Positions 28,889 to 38,226 of a stretch of 64,000 bases of DNA are shown here, one piece after another (positions within the stretch are counted from its first letter, which is position 1; every line of letters begins with the position of its first letter). Made by a program: the position numbers and the translations under genes. Source of the stretch: Acidimicrobiia bacterium (GTDB taxonomy: Bacteria; Actinomycetota; Acidimicrobiia; Spongiisociales; JAHEDJ01); the NCBI GenBank assembly GCA_029210695.1, contig JARGFH010000010.1, forward strand, positions 1,802-65,801, given 5' to 3'. The notes below the pieces were generated by a model, which saw only the letters and a list, made by a program, of their open reading frames with translations, searched no databases and had not been told where the DNA came from.

Positions 28889-29829
28889 CGGGATCACGCG
28901 TTCTGGTCACGGGGGCGGCAGGGTTCATCGGAGCTCAGGTCGTCGACCGACTCGCCGGACTCCCGGAGGTTGCGCATGTCGTTTCCGTGGACGTGCGTGC
29001 CATGGAGGGACGGCACGGTGTCTCCCGCCATGAACTCGACGTGCGCGATCCGGCCCTCGTCGATCTGGTGGTGGAGCAGAGAGTCGATCGGATCGTGCAT
29101 CTGGCGGCGGTGGTGACGCCTCGCCCCGATCAGACCAGGGAGTTCCTATATTCCGTTGATGTAGAGGGAACCTCCAACGTGCTGGCCGCCTGCGGCACCG
29201 GTGCCGTCAACCACCTAACGGTAACGTCGAGTGGCGCCGCCTACGGCTATCACCCGGACAACCCGGAGTGGATCGACGAGAACGATCAGCTGCGCGGCAA
29301 CGCCGCATTTGCCTACTCGGATCACAAGCGCATTCTCGAGGAAATGCTGGCCGCTCACCGCTCCGCGCACCCGGAGGTCGAGCAGCTCGTTCTGCGTCCG
29401 GGAACCATTCTCGGAGCCTCCGTTGCCAATCAGATCACCCGGCTCTTCGAGTGGCCCGTCGTGCTCGGGATCGCCGGGTCGCCGTCGCCGTTCGTGTTCA
29501 TATGGGATGCCGATGTAGTTGAGGTCATCGTGCGGGGAACGCTCGAAAAGCGGACCGGCATCTTCAACCTGGCCGGTTCCGGTGCCGTCCCGATGCGAGA
29601 CCTGGCCGGCGAACTCGGCAAGCGCTATGTTCCATTGCCGGCGACGGTCGTCAGGGCCGTACTGGCCGTGCTCCATCGTCTGCGGCTGGCTCCTTATGGA
29701 CCAGAACAAGTCGACTTTCTCCGGTACCGTCCCGTCTTGTCCAACCGCCGGTTGATCGAGGAATTCGGCTACACGCCGACCAAGACCTCGCTCGAGGCGT
29801 TTCGCTCCTACTTAGAGCATCGTGGCTGA
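28885..29829 (+). CDS. NAD-dependent epimerase/dehydratase family protein
   Basis: ATGA overlap with the BASS stop. VLVTGAAGFIGAQVVDRL Rossmann motif. YAYSDHK (YxxxK) catalytic motif. Confidence 0.75.
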   Translation: MTGSRVLVTGAAGFIGAQVVDRLAGLPEVAHVVSVDVRAMEGRHGVSRHELDVRDPALVDLVVEQRVDRIVHLAAVVTPRPDQTREFLYSVDVEGTSNVLAACGTGAVNHLTVTSSGAAYGYHPDNPEWIDENDQLRGNAAFAYSDHKRILEEMLAAHRSAHPEVEQLVLRPGTILGASVANQITRLFEWPVVLGIAGSPSPFVFIWDADVVEVIVRGTLEKRTGIFNLAGSGAVPMRDLAGELGKRYVPLPATVVRAVLAVLHRLRLAPYGPEQVDFLRYRPVLSNRRLIEEFGYTPTKTSLEAFRSYLEHRG

Positions 29830-30580
29830 CTTGCCGACGGTCGTCGTGACTGGAGCGGCCGGGGGAATCGGCCGGGAAGTGTGCCGGGCGTTCGCAGCGG
29901 ACGGGGGTCGAGTGATAGGCCTCGATGTCGACCGTGCCGGACTGGCGTCGCTCGGCGTGGGGATCGAGGGTGTGGCCCTGGACGTCACCGACCCCGCTGC
30001 CGTCGCTCACATCTTTGGCAAGCTCGGGCCAATCGATGTACTCATCCATGCGGCCGGCATCACTGCCCTCGGCCCATTCATGGATACGCCCCTCGAAGCG
30101 TTCGAGCGCGTGCTCGACGTCAACGTAAGCGGCGCCGTCATCGTGACCGCGGCCGCCTTGCCGGGTCTGATCGCGCGGGGCGGGCGGATCGGCGTGCTAT
30201 CGAGTGTGGCGGGCTTCAGCCCGCTCCTCTACCGGACGGCCTATGCCGCCTCGAAACACGCTCTGCACGGGTTCTTCGAGAGCCTTCGGGCCGAACTGGC
30301 GGATTCCGGTGTATCCATAACGATGATCTGCCCTTCGTTCGTAGACACCGGAATCGAACGGCGCGCCGCCCACCGGGCCGCCGGCGCACCCGGTTCCTGG
30401 ACGACGACCGGCCGAGTCATGACACCGGAGCACCTGGCCGGTTTGGTTCGAAAGGGTGTCATGCGAAGGCGCAGGCTCGTGCTCCCGTCGTCGACTGCCC
30501 GGTCCGCCTACGTTCTCTCCAGGGTCGGTCCGGCGCTGTTCGAACGGTTCATGCGCAAACGCATCGGTCGGCCGTCGTGA
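29822..30580 (+). CDS. SDR family short-chain dehydrogenase/reductase
   Basis: GTG start overlapping the previous stop. TGAAGGIGREV (TGxxxGIG) and YAASKHAL (YxxxK) motifs. Confidence 0.75.
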   Translation: MADLPTVVVTGAAGGIGREVCRAFAADGGRVIGLDVDRAGLASLGVGIEGVALDVTDPAAVAHIFGKLGPIDVLIHAAGITALGPFMDTPLEAFERVLDVNVSGAVIVTAAALPGLIARGGRIGVLSSVAGFSPLLYRTAYAASKHALHGFFESLRAELADSGVSITMICPSFVDTGIERRAAHRAAGAPGSWTTTGRVMTPEHLAGLVRKGVMRRRRLVLPSSTARSAYVLSRVGPALFERFMRKRIGRPS

Positions 30581-30706
30581 GCCTCCGGGTTTCCCCGTCC
30601 ATGGGGAGGCGCCGTGCCGGAAGGGCAATCCGTCGGCAAGGTTTCATCGCGACCGTACGGTCCGCTATGGTGTCGTTTCGATGATCCAGTTGTCGTTTGT
30701 TGAAGT

Positions 30707-30732
30707 GCCGCCCCGAGGGGCGGCCTTTTTTC
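30707..30732 (+). terminator. rho-independent terminator (GC hairpin + T-tract)
   Basis: GCCGCCCCGAGGGGCGGCC followed by TTTTTTCT, downstream of the SDR gene. Confidence 0.6.
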
Positions 30733-30796
30733 TGTCCGGAGTGCGGTGCGCGGCCGCGCCGGTATCGAGCGAACGTCGTTTCCAAGGAGGGCCCAT

Positions 30797-31774
30797 ATGA
30801 CCACCAGACGCACCACAGATCACCTCCCATTCGGTGAGAAACGAGACCCCCGGTTCTTCGGCATCGATGTCTTGTCGGTCTCGCAGTTTGATCGTTCCGA
30901 CCTCGAAACGATCTTCGAGGTCGCAGGCGAGATGCGGGGGATGGTCGAACGGATCGGGACGTTCGACCTGCTCAAAGGGAAAGTCCTCACCAACCTCTTC
31001 TATGAGCCGTCAACGCGGACGTCATCATCGTTCGTGGCGGCGATCGAGCGGTTGGGTGGCAGCGTCATCCAGATCAACAACGTGACCTACTCGTCCGTTT
31101 CGAAAGGTGAGTCGCTTCCCGACACGATCAGGACCCTCGAGTCGTACTCCGACGCCATCGTCATCCGCCATCCCGAGAAGGGGTCGGCGGCCGAGGCAGC
31201 GGCAGCAGCGAGCAAGCCGGTCATCAATGCCGGAGATGGGCCCGGTGAGCATCCAACTCAGGCGCTCCTCGATGTCTTCACGATCAGGGAGGAAATGGGC
31301 ACCCTCGACGGCCTCACGGTCACCATGCTCGGTGACCTCAAGTACGGACGGACGGTGCATTCGCTGGCCAAGCTCCTGACGCTCTTTGACGTGAAGATCA
31401 ACTATGTGTCGCCGGAGATCCTCAGGATGCCGGCCGCCCTCGTCGAAGAGGTCGGCGCGGCCGGGATCTCTCAAACGGAGACGGCCGACCTCGACGCGGT
31501 ACTCCCGGACACCGACGTCCTCTACGTAACGCGGATCCAGAAGGAGCGGTTCGAGAACATCGAGGAGTACGACCAGGTCAAAGACTCCTACGTCATCACC
31601 GCCGAGACCATGAAGTCAGCGAAGGAGCGGATGGCGGTGCTGCACCCGCTGCCCCGAGTGGGTGAAATCGCCATGGAGGTCGACGACGATCCGCGCGCCG
31701 CCTATTTCCGCCAGATGGAATACGGCATGTACGTTCGGATGGCGCTGCTGGCGCTGGTGCTCGGCCGGGCGTAG
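30797..31774 (+). CDS. pyrB: aspartate-carbamoyltransferase-like protein (ATCase catalytic chain family), outside any pyr operon
   Basis: ATG 30797 with AAGGAGG RBS. STRTS (carbamoyl-phosphate binding), HPTQALLD, and [11 protein letters not shown], which is the ATCase-type rather than the OTCase-type signature. Confidence 0.65.
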   Translation: MTTRRTTDHLPFGEKRDPRFFGIDVLSVSQFDRSDLETIFEVAGEMRGMVERIGTFDLLKGKVLTNLFYEPSTRTSSSFVAAIERLGGSVIQINNVTYSSVSKGESLPDTIRTLESYSDAIVIRHPEKGSAAEAAAAASKPVINAGDGPGEHPTQALLDVFTIREEMGTLDGLTVTMLGDLKYGRTVHSLAKLLTLFDVKINYVSPEILRMPAALVEEVGAAGISQTETADLDAVLPDTDVLYVTRIQKERFENIEEYDQVKDSYVITAETMKSAKERMAVLHPLPRVGEIAMEVDDDPRAAYFRQMEYGMYVRMALLALVLGRA

Positions 31775-31786
31775 GCCACTCTCATC

Positions 31787-31839
31787 CCGTTCTTGCGTCG
31801 TTTTCGAGCGCTCCGCGCTCATTACTGTCGCAAGAACGG
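31787..31839. terminator. bidirectional terminator-like hairpin between convergent genes
   Basis: CCGTTCTTGCG ... CGCAAGAACGG: an 11-bp perfect stem with a ~30-nt loop, between the pyrB-like stop (31774) and the ABC permease stop (31840). Confidence 0.45.
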
Positions 31840-32658
31840 TCAGCTTCGTCTCCGCTGCAGGCGGATGTTGAGCAGCATGATCGACACGGTGATGAAGAAG
31901 ATCGCCGCCCCGAACACATTCACCTGGGCAGGGACGCCGACGCGGGCGGCACCCCAGATGAAGAGCGGGAATGTGATTGTGTTGCCGGAGTTGAAGTTGG
32001 TGATGATGAAGTCGTCGAATGAGAGGGCGAACCCGAGCAGGAACGCAGCCATGACGCCCGGGAGGATCATCGGCAGCGTCACTTTGCGGAAAGTTGTCCA
32101 CTCGTTGGCGTAGAGGTCCATGGCGGCCTCCTCGAGGTGGCGATCGAATCCGGCCAGCCTCGCTTTGACTGTGACCACGACGTAGCTGATGTTGAACATG
32201 ATGTGGGCGATGACGATGGTTCCGAAGCCACGGGTGACCCCCATGACAATGAAGAGCGCCAGCAGCGAAGATCCCATCACCACCTCAGGGGTGGCCATCG
32301 GTAGGAACAACCCGAGACTGGTCGCCGACCGGCCCCTGAACTGGTAGCGGACTAGGGCGAGCGCGATGAGCGTCCCGAGGAGAGTGGCAATGGCCGAAGA
32401 GATGAAGGCGATCTGCAGACTCGTGACGAGGGAATCGAAGAGCCTCGGGACGCCGAAGGCGTTCTGCCAGTGGTCCAGAGTGAAGCCCTGCCATGTGAAG
32501 TTGTACCGTCCCAGGTGGTCGTTGAACGAGAACAGAATGACGATCGCCACCGGCATGAACAGATATGTCAAGGCGACGACCATGTAGACGGGCAAGATCT
32601 TGCGCTTGATCCACGCCCAGGCCGATGGCTTCCTGCGGGCCGTTGCTACCTGAGCCAT
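31840..32658 (-). CDS. ABC transporter permease (spermidine/putrescine PotC-like)
   Basis: 272 aa, 6 TM helices, EAA-loop region (EAAMDLYANEWTTFRKVTLP). Confidence 0.8.
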   Translation of the reverse strand: MAQVATARRKPSAWAWIKRKILPVYMVVALTYLFMPVAIVILFSFNDHLGRYNFTWQGFTLDHWQNAFGVPRLFDSLVTSLQIAFISSAIATLLGTLIALALVRYQFRGRSATSLGLFLPMATPEVVMGSSLLALFIVMGVTRGFGTIVIAHIMFNISYVVVTVKARLAGFDRHLEEAAMDLYANEWTTFRKVTLPMILPGVMAAFLLGFALSFDDFIITNFNSGNTITFPLFIWGAARVGVPAQVNVFGAAIFFITVSIMLLNIRLQRRRS

Positions 32659-33555
32659 CTACGCCACCAGATCCTCGGTGCCGGAAGCCCGGACGTAGGG
32701 GATGATGATCGCCAGGATCACCAGCATCAGCGAGAACGACAGGGCAGCTGCAGTCGGGTAGTCCACGATGCGGAGGAACCGGTTGTCGATGATGTTGCCG
32801 ACCATCAGCCGCTGCGGATTGCCGAGCAGGCTCGCGTTGACGAAATCGCCCGCCGCCGGGATCAGGGTCAGCAGCGTTCCGGCCACGATCCCCGGGAGGG
32901 ACAACGGCAGCGTGACCTTCCGAAAGGCGGTGATCGGCTTCGCATACAGATCATTGGCCGCCTCGATCAGTGACGGGTGAATCTTCTCCAGCGACACGTA
33001 GATCGGCAGGGTCATAAAGGCCAGGAAGTTGTAGGTGATGCCGGCCACGACCGCCGATCCGGTGGCGAGGATTCGTCCGGTCGGCGAGATGATGTGCAGC
33101 GTCTTGAGGGTTTCGACGACGAAGCCGCTGTCGGCCAGGATGACCTTCCAGGCCAGCGTTCGGAGGAGGAACGGAGTCAGGAACGGCATCAGCACGAGTA
33201 CCAGCAGCAGGTTCTTGTATTTCCCTCCCCGAAATGCGATGCCGTAGGCGAGCGGATAGGCGATGACGAGTGCCAGCGCGGTTGCCGCTCCCGCATAGAG
33301 GAACGAGCGAAGGAAGTGCGAGCCTGCCAACGCGAAGGCGTCGGCGTAGTTCTCCCATCGGAACGTCTGCGTGTAGCCCGTCTGGTAGGTCCCTTCCTGC
33401 AGGGAGATACCGACCAGCTGGATCATGGGGGCTATGTAGAAAATGGCCAGCCACAAACCGCCGGGGAGCAGCAGCAGGTATGGAACGGCCTTCCGGCGGC
33501 GGGCGGCCTTGCGGGCGCCGACGTTGACCAGTGGAGCGGCTTCCTCAGTCGTCAT
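32659..33555 (-). CDS. ABC transporter permease (PotB-like)
   Basis: Start at MTTEEAAPL, overlapping the ATPase gene end by about 11 nt. [23 protein letters not shown] motif. Confidence 0.8.
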   Translation of the reverse strand: MTTEEAAPLVNVGARKAARRRKAVPYLLLLPGGLWLAIFYIAPMIQLVGISLQEGTYQTGYTQTFRWENYADAFALAGSHFLRSFLYAGAATALALVIAYPLAYGIAFRGGKYKNLLLVLVLMPFLTPFLLRTLAWKVILADSGFVVETLKTLHIISPTGRILATGSAVVAGITYNFLAFMTLPIYVSLEKIHPSLIEAANDLYAKPITAFRKVTLPLSLPGIVAGTLLTLIPAAGDFVNASLLGNPQRLMVGNIIDNRFLRIVDYPTAAALSFSLMLVILAIIIPYVRASGTEDLVA

Positions 33556-34666
33556 GGATAACGAAACTCCGTTCGGGATGCCAGCCGAGGGAGACTTCCT
33601 CGCCTTGCGCGAAGCGATCGCCCGTGAGGTTTTGCACGACGGCGCTGAGGTCACCCGCCGTGTTGGTCCGCACCACGTAGTGGGTACTGACCCCGATGAA
33701 CGATGCGTCCAAGATCCGGCCGGTGAGGACATTGGGTGGGATGTCGCCGCTTCCATGCCGGTAGACGTTCAACTTCTCGGGCCTTACTCCGACTCGGAGT
33801 CCGCTGGTTTCTGCGCCGAGCGCGGTTGGCGGCACGAAGATGGTCGTTCCGTCGGCAGTTGCGACCGATCCGGCGGCCCGGTCGACCACCGACACCGGCA
33901 TCAGGTTGGAACCTCCGAGGAAGTTGGCGACGAACGCGGTCCTCGGGTCCTCGTATATCTCGGCGGGGTCGCCCATCCGTTCGATCTTCCCTTTGTTCAT
34001 CACGGCGATGGTGTCGGCCATGGTCATGGCCTCTTCCTGATCGTGCGTCACGTGGATGAACGTGATGCCGACCTCCTGCTGGATCCGCTTTAGTTCTATC
34101 TGCATCTCTTTGCGGAGCTTCAGATCGAGCGCGCCGAGCGGCTCATCGAGTAGCAGGACTCGCGGATGGTTGATCAGGGCGCGCGCCAGGGCAACCCGCT
34201 GCTGTTGTCCACCGGACAGTTTGGCGGGATGCCGGTTATCGAGGCCCGACAGTTGCACGAGAGACAACATCTCGGCGACCCGTCGCTCCAGGTCACCTTT
34301 GTCGACGTTGGTCCGGCGAAGGCCGAATGCGACGTTCTCGAAAACCGATAGGTGCGGAAAGAGGGCGTAGCTCTGGAAGACCGTGTTGACGGGCCGCCGG
34401 TAGGCTTTCAGACCCGTTACGTCGTCGCCGTGCAGGTTGATGCTGCCTTGGGTGGGGTCTTCGAAACCGCCGATCATGCGAAGCGTTGTGGTCTTGCCGC
34501 AGCCGGATGGTCCGAGGAGGGCGAAGAACTTGTTCTCGCCGATGGAGAGCGTCAGGTTGTCGACGGCCAGGACGTCGCCGAACCGCTTGGTGATGTTGAA
34601 GAGTTCGACGGCGGCGGGTTCGGATGGTCCGAACCCGCCTTCCGTCGTTGCGACCGAATCGATCAC
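33545..34666 (-). CDS. ABC transporter ATP-binding protein (PotA-like, with C-terminal TOBE domain)
   Basis: Walker [10 protein letters not shown], signature [15 protein letters not shown], Walker [12 protein letters not shown]. Confidence 0.85.
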   Translation of the reverse strand: MIDSVATTEGGFGPSEPAAVELFNITKRFGDVLAVDNLTLSIGENKFFALLGPSGCGKTTTLRMIGGFEDPTQGSINLHGDDVTGLKAYRRPVNTVFQSYALFPHLSVFENVAFGLRRTNVDKGDLERRVAEMLSLVQLSGLDNRHPAKLSGGQQQRVALARALINHPRVLLLDEPLGALDLKLRKEMQIELKRIQQEVGITFIHVTHDQEEAMTMADTIAVMNKGKIERMGDPAEIYEDPRTAFVANFLGGSNLMPVSVVDRAAGSVATADGTTIFVPPTALGAETSGLRVGVRPEKLNVYRHGSGDIPPNVLTGRILDASFIGVSTHYVVRTNTAGDLSAVVQNLTGDRFAQGEEVSLGWHPERSFVIHDD

Positions 34667-34669
34667 TCG

Positions 34670-35944
34670 CTATCCACCGGTGACGGCGGCGAAGAGCTCG
34701 TTGAGCTCGATCTCCTCTTCTTCGCTGAGGTCTCTGAAGATGTGGGTCTTGGCCAGAGTCGCCTCATCCGGGAAGATGAGCGGGTCGTCGGCGATTCCCG
34801 CCAGCTCTTCGTCGTCCATTTCTGTACCGAGCTGGCGGAGGGCTTCCTGCGCGCCGGCGACCGGGCAGATGTAATTGACCCAGCTCTCGATCTTGGCCGC
34901 CACGACCGGGTCGTAGACGTAGTTCATGAACGCTTCGGCTTCGGCCTTGTTGGTGGCGCCCTTGGGGATCAGCATGTTATCCGACCACAACATCAGGCCC
35001 TCTTCCGGAATCAGGAACTGGAGGTCGGGGTTGTCGATTTGCAGCTGGATGATGTCACCGGACCAGGCAAACGCGGCGGCCAGGTTGCCGGAGGCGAGCT
35101 CACCCGTGTAGTCGTTGCCGAGGAACTGACGGATCTGTCCGTTGTCCACGTTCTCCTGGATCTTGTCCATCGCTTGCCGTGCCTCGTCCATGGTGAACGT
35201 TGCCGGATCGAGGCCCATGCCGAGCATCACCAGCCCGAGAGTGTCACGCATCTCGGTCAGCAAACTGACGCTGCCGGCGATGGCCGGATCGAAGATGTCG
35301 TTGATTGATGACAGCTCGCCACCGGTCAATGCAGGGTTGTATCCGATGGCGGTGAAGCCCGACTGCCACGGCAGGGTATAGGTGCGATCGGGGTCGAATC
35401 CCGGGCTCTCGAGCGCAGCTACCAGGTTGGCTGCGTTGGGGACGTTGGCTTTGTTGATCTCATCGACCCATCCGAGCTGGATGAAGCGGGCCGCCATCCA
35501 GTCGGTCAATACTGCGATGTCGCGGCCGATGTTCTCCCCGGCGCTCAGAGGAGCCTGATACTTGCCGAAGAAGCCGTCGTTGTCGTTGACTTCTTCGATG
35601 TACTCGAGCTCAATCCCCGTTTCGGCCATGAAGTCGTCGAGCGAGGAGGTCTCGAAGTAGCTGTCGTCCCCGCCCGGATCGATGTAGAAGGGCCAGTTGG
35701 CGATGACGAGTTTCTTCGGGCCCGACGCAGCGGTGGTGGCGGTGCCTCCGGTGCCGGCCAGCGTGGTGGCGGTTTCAGAACCGTCAACGCCGCAGGCGGC
35801 CAGCAGGGCGGGGCCACCGATCAAGAACAGGCCGGTTCCTCCTGCTTTCCTGAGGAACTCGCGCCGGTCGATGCCTTGCCTGGATAGTTCCCTCATCAGG
35901 GCATCTCTGTTGCCGCGTCGCTGTGATGGTCGCTTATTGGTCAT
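34670..35944 (-). CDS. ABC transporter substrate-binding lipoprotein (PotD/PotF polyamine-binding family), Tat signal
   Basis: SRREFLRKAGGTGL twin-arginine motif followed by lipobox LLAACG. Start at MTNKRP. Confidence 0.75.
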   Translation of the reverse strand: MTNKRPSQRRGNRDALMRELSRQGIDRREFLRKAGGTGLFLIGGPALLAACGVDGSETATTLAGTGGTATTAASGPKKLVIANWPFYIDPGGDDSYFETSSLDDFMAETGIELEYIEEVNDNDGFFGKYQAPLSAGENIGRDIAVLTDWMAARFIQLGWVDEINKANVPNAANLVAALESPGFDPDRTYTLPWQSGFTAIGYNPALTGGELSSINDIFDPAIAGSVSLLTEMRDTLGLVMLGMGLDPATFTMDEARQAMDKIQENVDNGQIRQFLGNDYTGELASGNLAAAFAWSGDIIQLQIDNPDLQFLIPEEGLMLWSDNMLIPKGATNKAEAEAFMNYVYDPVVAAKIESWVNYICPVAGAQEALRQLGTEMDDEELAGIADDPLIFPDEATLAKTHIFRDLSEEEEIELNELFAAVTGG

Positions 35945-36293
35945 GTGAGCCTCCTCAACGGATGGATCCGGCTTTCCGGGATCTGCAGTCTTTGCAGCTT
36001 CGCCTCCTGAGCGCATGATGCCCGTTGACCGCTGCCGGGCTGAGGCTACTTGCCGGTTTGCTGTCGTGTGGCTGTGATGCGCTCTGATTTGTCGCCGTCT
36101 GTAGCCGATCCCACCTCCCCGTAGTCGGTTCTTGTCGACTGGTCACGACATTATCGGTTGCGTTTCCGTTCGATGCAAGCGAAACTGCTGTACTGAGTGC
36201 TCGATTCGGTGGTTACGCATGCAGGGTTGGCGTCTGTCAATAGAATTGAGCTGAGTGGGTCCCCAAGGGATCACTAGGAGTAGTTGGTCGACA

Positions 36294-36773
36294 ATGGCGC
36301 AGAACACGGTGGCGAAACAACAACGGTCACGACTCGACGAGACGGACAGAGCCATCATCCGCCGTCTCCAAAGCGACGGCCGCATGCCGTTTTCGAGGCT
36401 CGGACCGCTCGTTGAGCTCTCCCCGGCGGCCGTCCGGCAGCGCGTATTGCAGCTCATGGAAGATGGAGTCATGTCCATCGTGGCGGTCACAGATCCGACT
36501 GCCATCGGCCATCGTGTTCAGGTGATGCTCGGTATCAAGGTCCAGGGCGACATCGACCGAGTGGTCGGGGACCTCGAAGCTCAGCCTGAAGTCGTGTATC
36601 TGGTCGTAACGGCGGGCCGTTTCGACCTGCTTGCCGAGATCGTATGCGAGGACACCACGCGACTGCTTGAGATCCTGCAGGGAATCCGTATGCAACCGGG
36701 CGTGCAGTCGGCGGAGGTCTTCTCTTATCTCCGCCTCGCCAAACAGACCTACAACTGGGGTGTACCGGAATGA
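36294..36773 (+). CDS. Lrp/AsnC family transcriptional regulator
   Basis: N-terminal HTH (LDETDRAIIRRLQSDGRMPFSRLGPLVELSPAAVRQRV) plus C-terminal RAM domain. Divergent from the ABC operon. Confidence 0.8.
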   Translation: MAQNTVAKQQRSRLDETDRAIIRRLQSDGRMPFSRLGPLVELSPAAVRQRVLQLMEDGVMSIVAVTDPTAIGHRVQVMLGIKVQGDIDRVVGDLEAQPEVVYLVVTAGRFDLLAEIVCEDTTRLLEILQGIRMQPGVQSAEVFSYLRLAKQTYNWGVPE

Positions 36774-36819
36774 ACCACCCGTCTTTGAGAACGACCACGA
36801 CCACCCGCGGAGGAATCAG

Positions 36820-38181
36820 ATGACCGCCCACATCGACCGAGATCGCGTCGAGCGTCTCACGAAGCAGATGGAAGAGAAACTCCTGGCACAGACTCGCCGG
36901 TCGGGGGAGTTCGTGGAGGAGGCCAAGCGAGTGCTGCCGGCCGGCGTCGCCTCTTCGTTCCAGGACCAACCTCCGCATCCGGTGTACATCGTCGAAGGGC
37001 ATGGTTCGCGCGTCGTAGATCTCGACGGCAACGACTATGCCGACTATCACAACGGCTTCGGCGTGATGGTCGTTGGCCACGCGCATCCGGTGATTGCGGG
37101 CGCTATCGCGGTCGCGGCTCACAAGGGAACCCATTTTGCGGCGCCGAATCAATCGGCGGTGCGGGTGGCAACGGAACTCTCCCGGAGGTTCCGCCTGCCC
37201 AAAGTCCGTTTCTCGAATTCGGGTACCGAAGCGACGCTCGACGCCGTCCGGCTGGGCCGGGCCTTCACCGGGAAAGATGCCATCGTCAAGATCGAGGGCT
37301 CATATCACGGGCATCATGATGCCGTAATGGTGTCGGTAGGGCCGGCCGCCGACAAGATGGGGCCAAGGGCGCATCCGGTCTCTGTTCCACAGACCGCCGG
37401 AATCCCATCCGCGTTGCTGGACCTCACCGTGGTCATCCCGTTCAACGACCCCGACGCCCTGGACGCAGTGCTCACCGAACACAGTGATATCGGGACGATG
37501 ATCATCGAACCGATCATGCTCAACATCGGAGTCGTTCCCCCGCTGGAAGGCTATCTCGAAGCGGTGCGCGAGATTACCCGGAAACATGGCGTCGTTCTGA
37601 TCTTCGATGAGGTGAAGACGGGAGCAACCATCGCGGCAGGCGGGGTGGTCGAACGCTACGGGGTGGTGCCGGATCTCATCGCGCTGGCCAAAGCGACGGG
37701 AGGCGGCACACCGATCGGTGCGGTGCTCGGCACCGATGAGATCATGGCTCAGATCAGCGACGGGACGGTGACGCAGATCGGGACGTTCAATGGGAATCCG
37801 CTCACCATGGCGGCGGCCGAGGCGACACTGACCCAGGTCCTCACCCCAGGCGCCTATCAGCGCCTCGAGCAAGCCGGCGATCGGATTTTGGCCGGATGTC
37901 AGGACGTGGTCGATCGCTACGACCTGCCTGCCTACGCGGTCGGTATGTCCTCCAAGGGCTGCGTCATGTTCTCCACCGAGCGGGTGGTGGACTACCGGTC
38001 GTACATCTCCGGGTTCGACGAGGGCCTCAACTACCTGGGTTGGCTGTACCACATGACCAACGGCGTCTACATGACGCCGGGGGCCGACGAGCAATGGACC
38101 CTCTCGGTTGCGCACTCGGACGAGGAACTCGACCACTACGTCGCGGTCTTCGAGGAGTTCGCCAAGGATGTGACTTCCTGA
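36820..38181 (+). CDS. class-III (aspartate aminotransferase family) PLP-dependent aminotransferase, GSA-aminomutase-like
   Basis: ATG 36820 with GGAGG RBS. Family signatures DYHNGFGVMVVGHAHP and VLIFDEVKTG (PLP-Lys region). Confidence 0.8.
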   Translation: MTAHIDRDRVERLTKQMEEKLLAQTRRSGEFVEEAKRVLPAGVASSFQDQPPHPVYIVEGHGSRVVDLDGNDYADYHNGFGVMVVGHAHPVIAGAIAVAAHKGTHFAAPNQSAVRVATELSRRFRLPKVRFSNSGTEATLDAVRLGRAFTGKDAIVKIEGSYHGHHDAVMVSVGPAADKMGPRAHPVSVPQTAGIPSALLDLTVVIPFNDPDALDAVLTEHSDIGTMIIEPIMLNIGVVPPLEGYLEAVREITRKHGVVLIFDEVKTGATIAAGGVVERYGVVPDLIALAKATGGGTPIGAVLGTDEIMAQISDGTVTQIGTFNGNPLTMAAAEATLTQVLTPGAYQRLEQAGDRILAGCQDVVDRYDLPAYAVGMSSKGCVMFSTERVVDYRSYISGFDEGLNYLGWLYHMTNGVYMTPGADEQWTLSVAHSDEELDHYVAVFEEFAKDVTS

Positions 38182-38226
38182 AGTCGGAGCTGTGCTGGTG
38201 AGACCACAGCAGGAGCGAGGAGCCCA

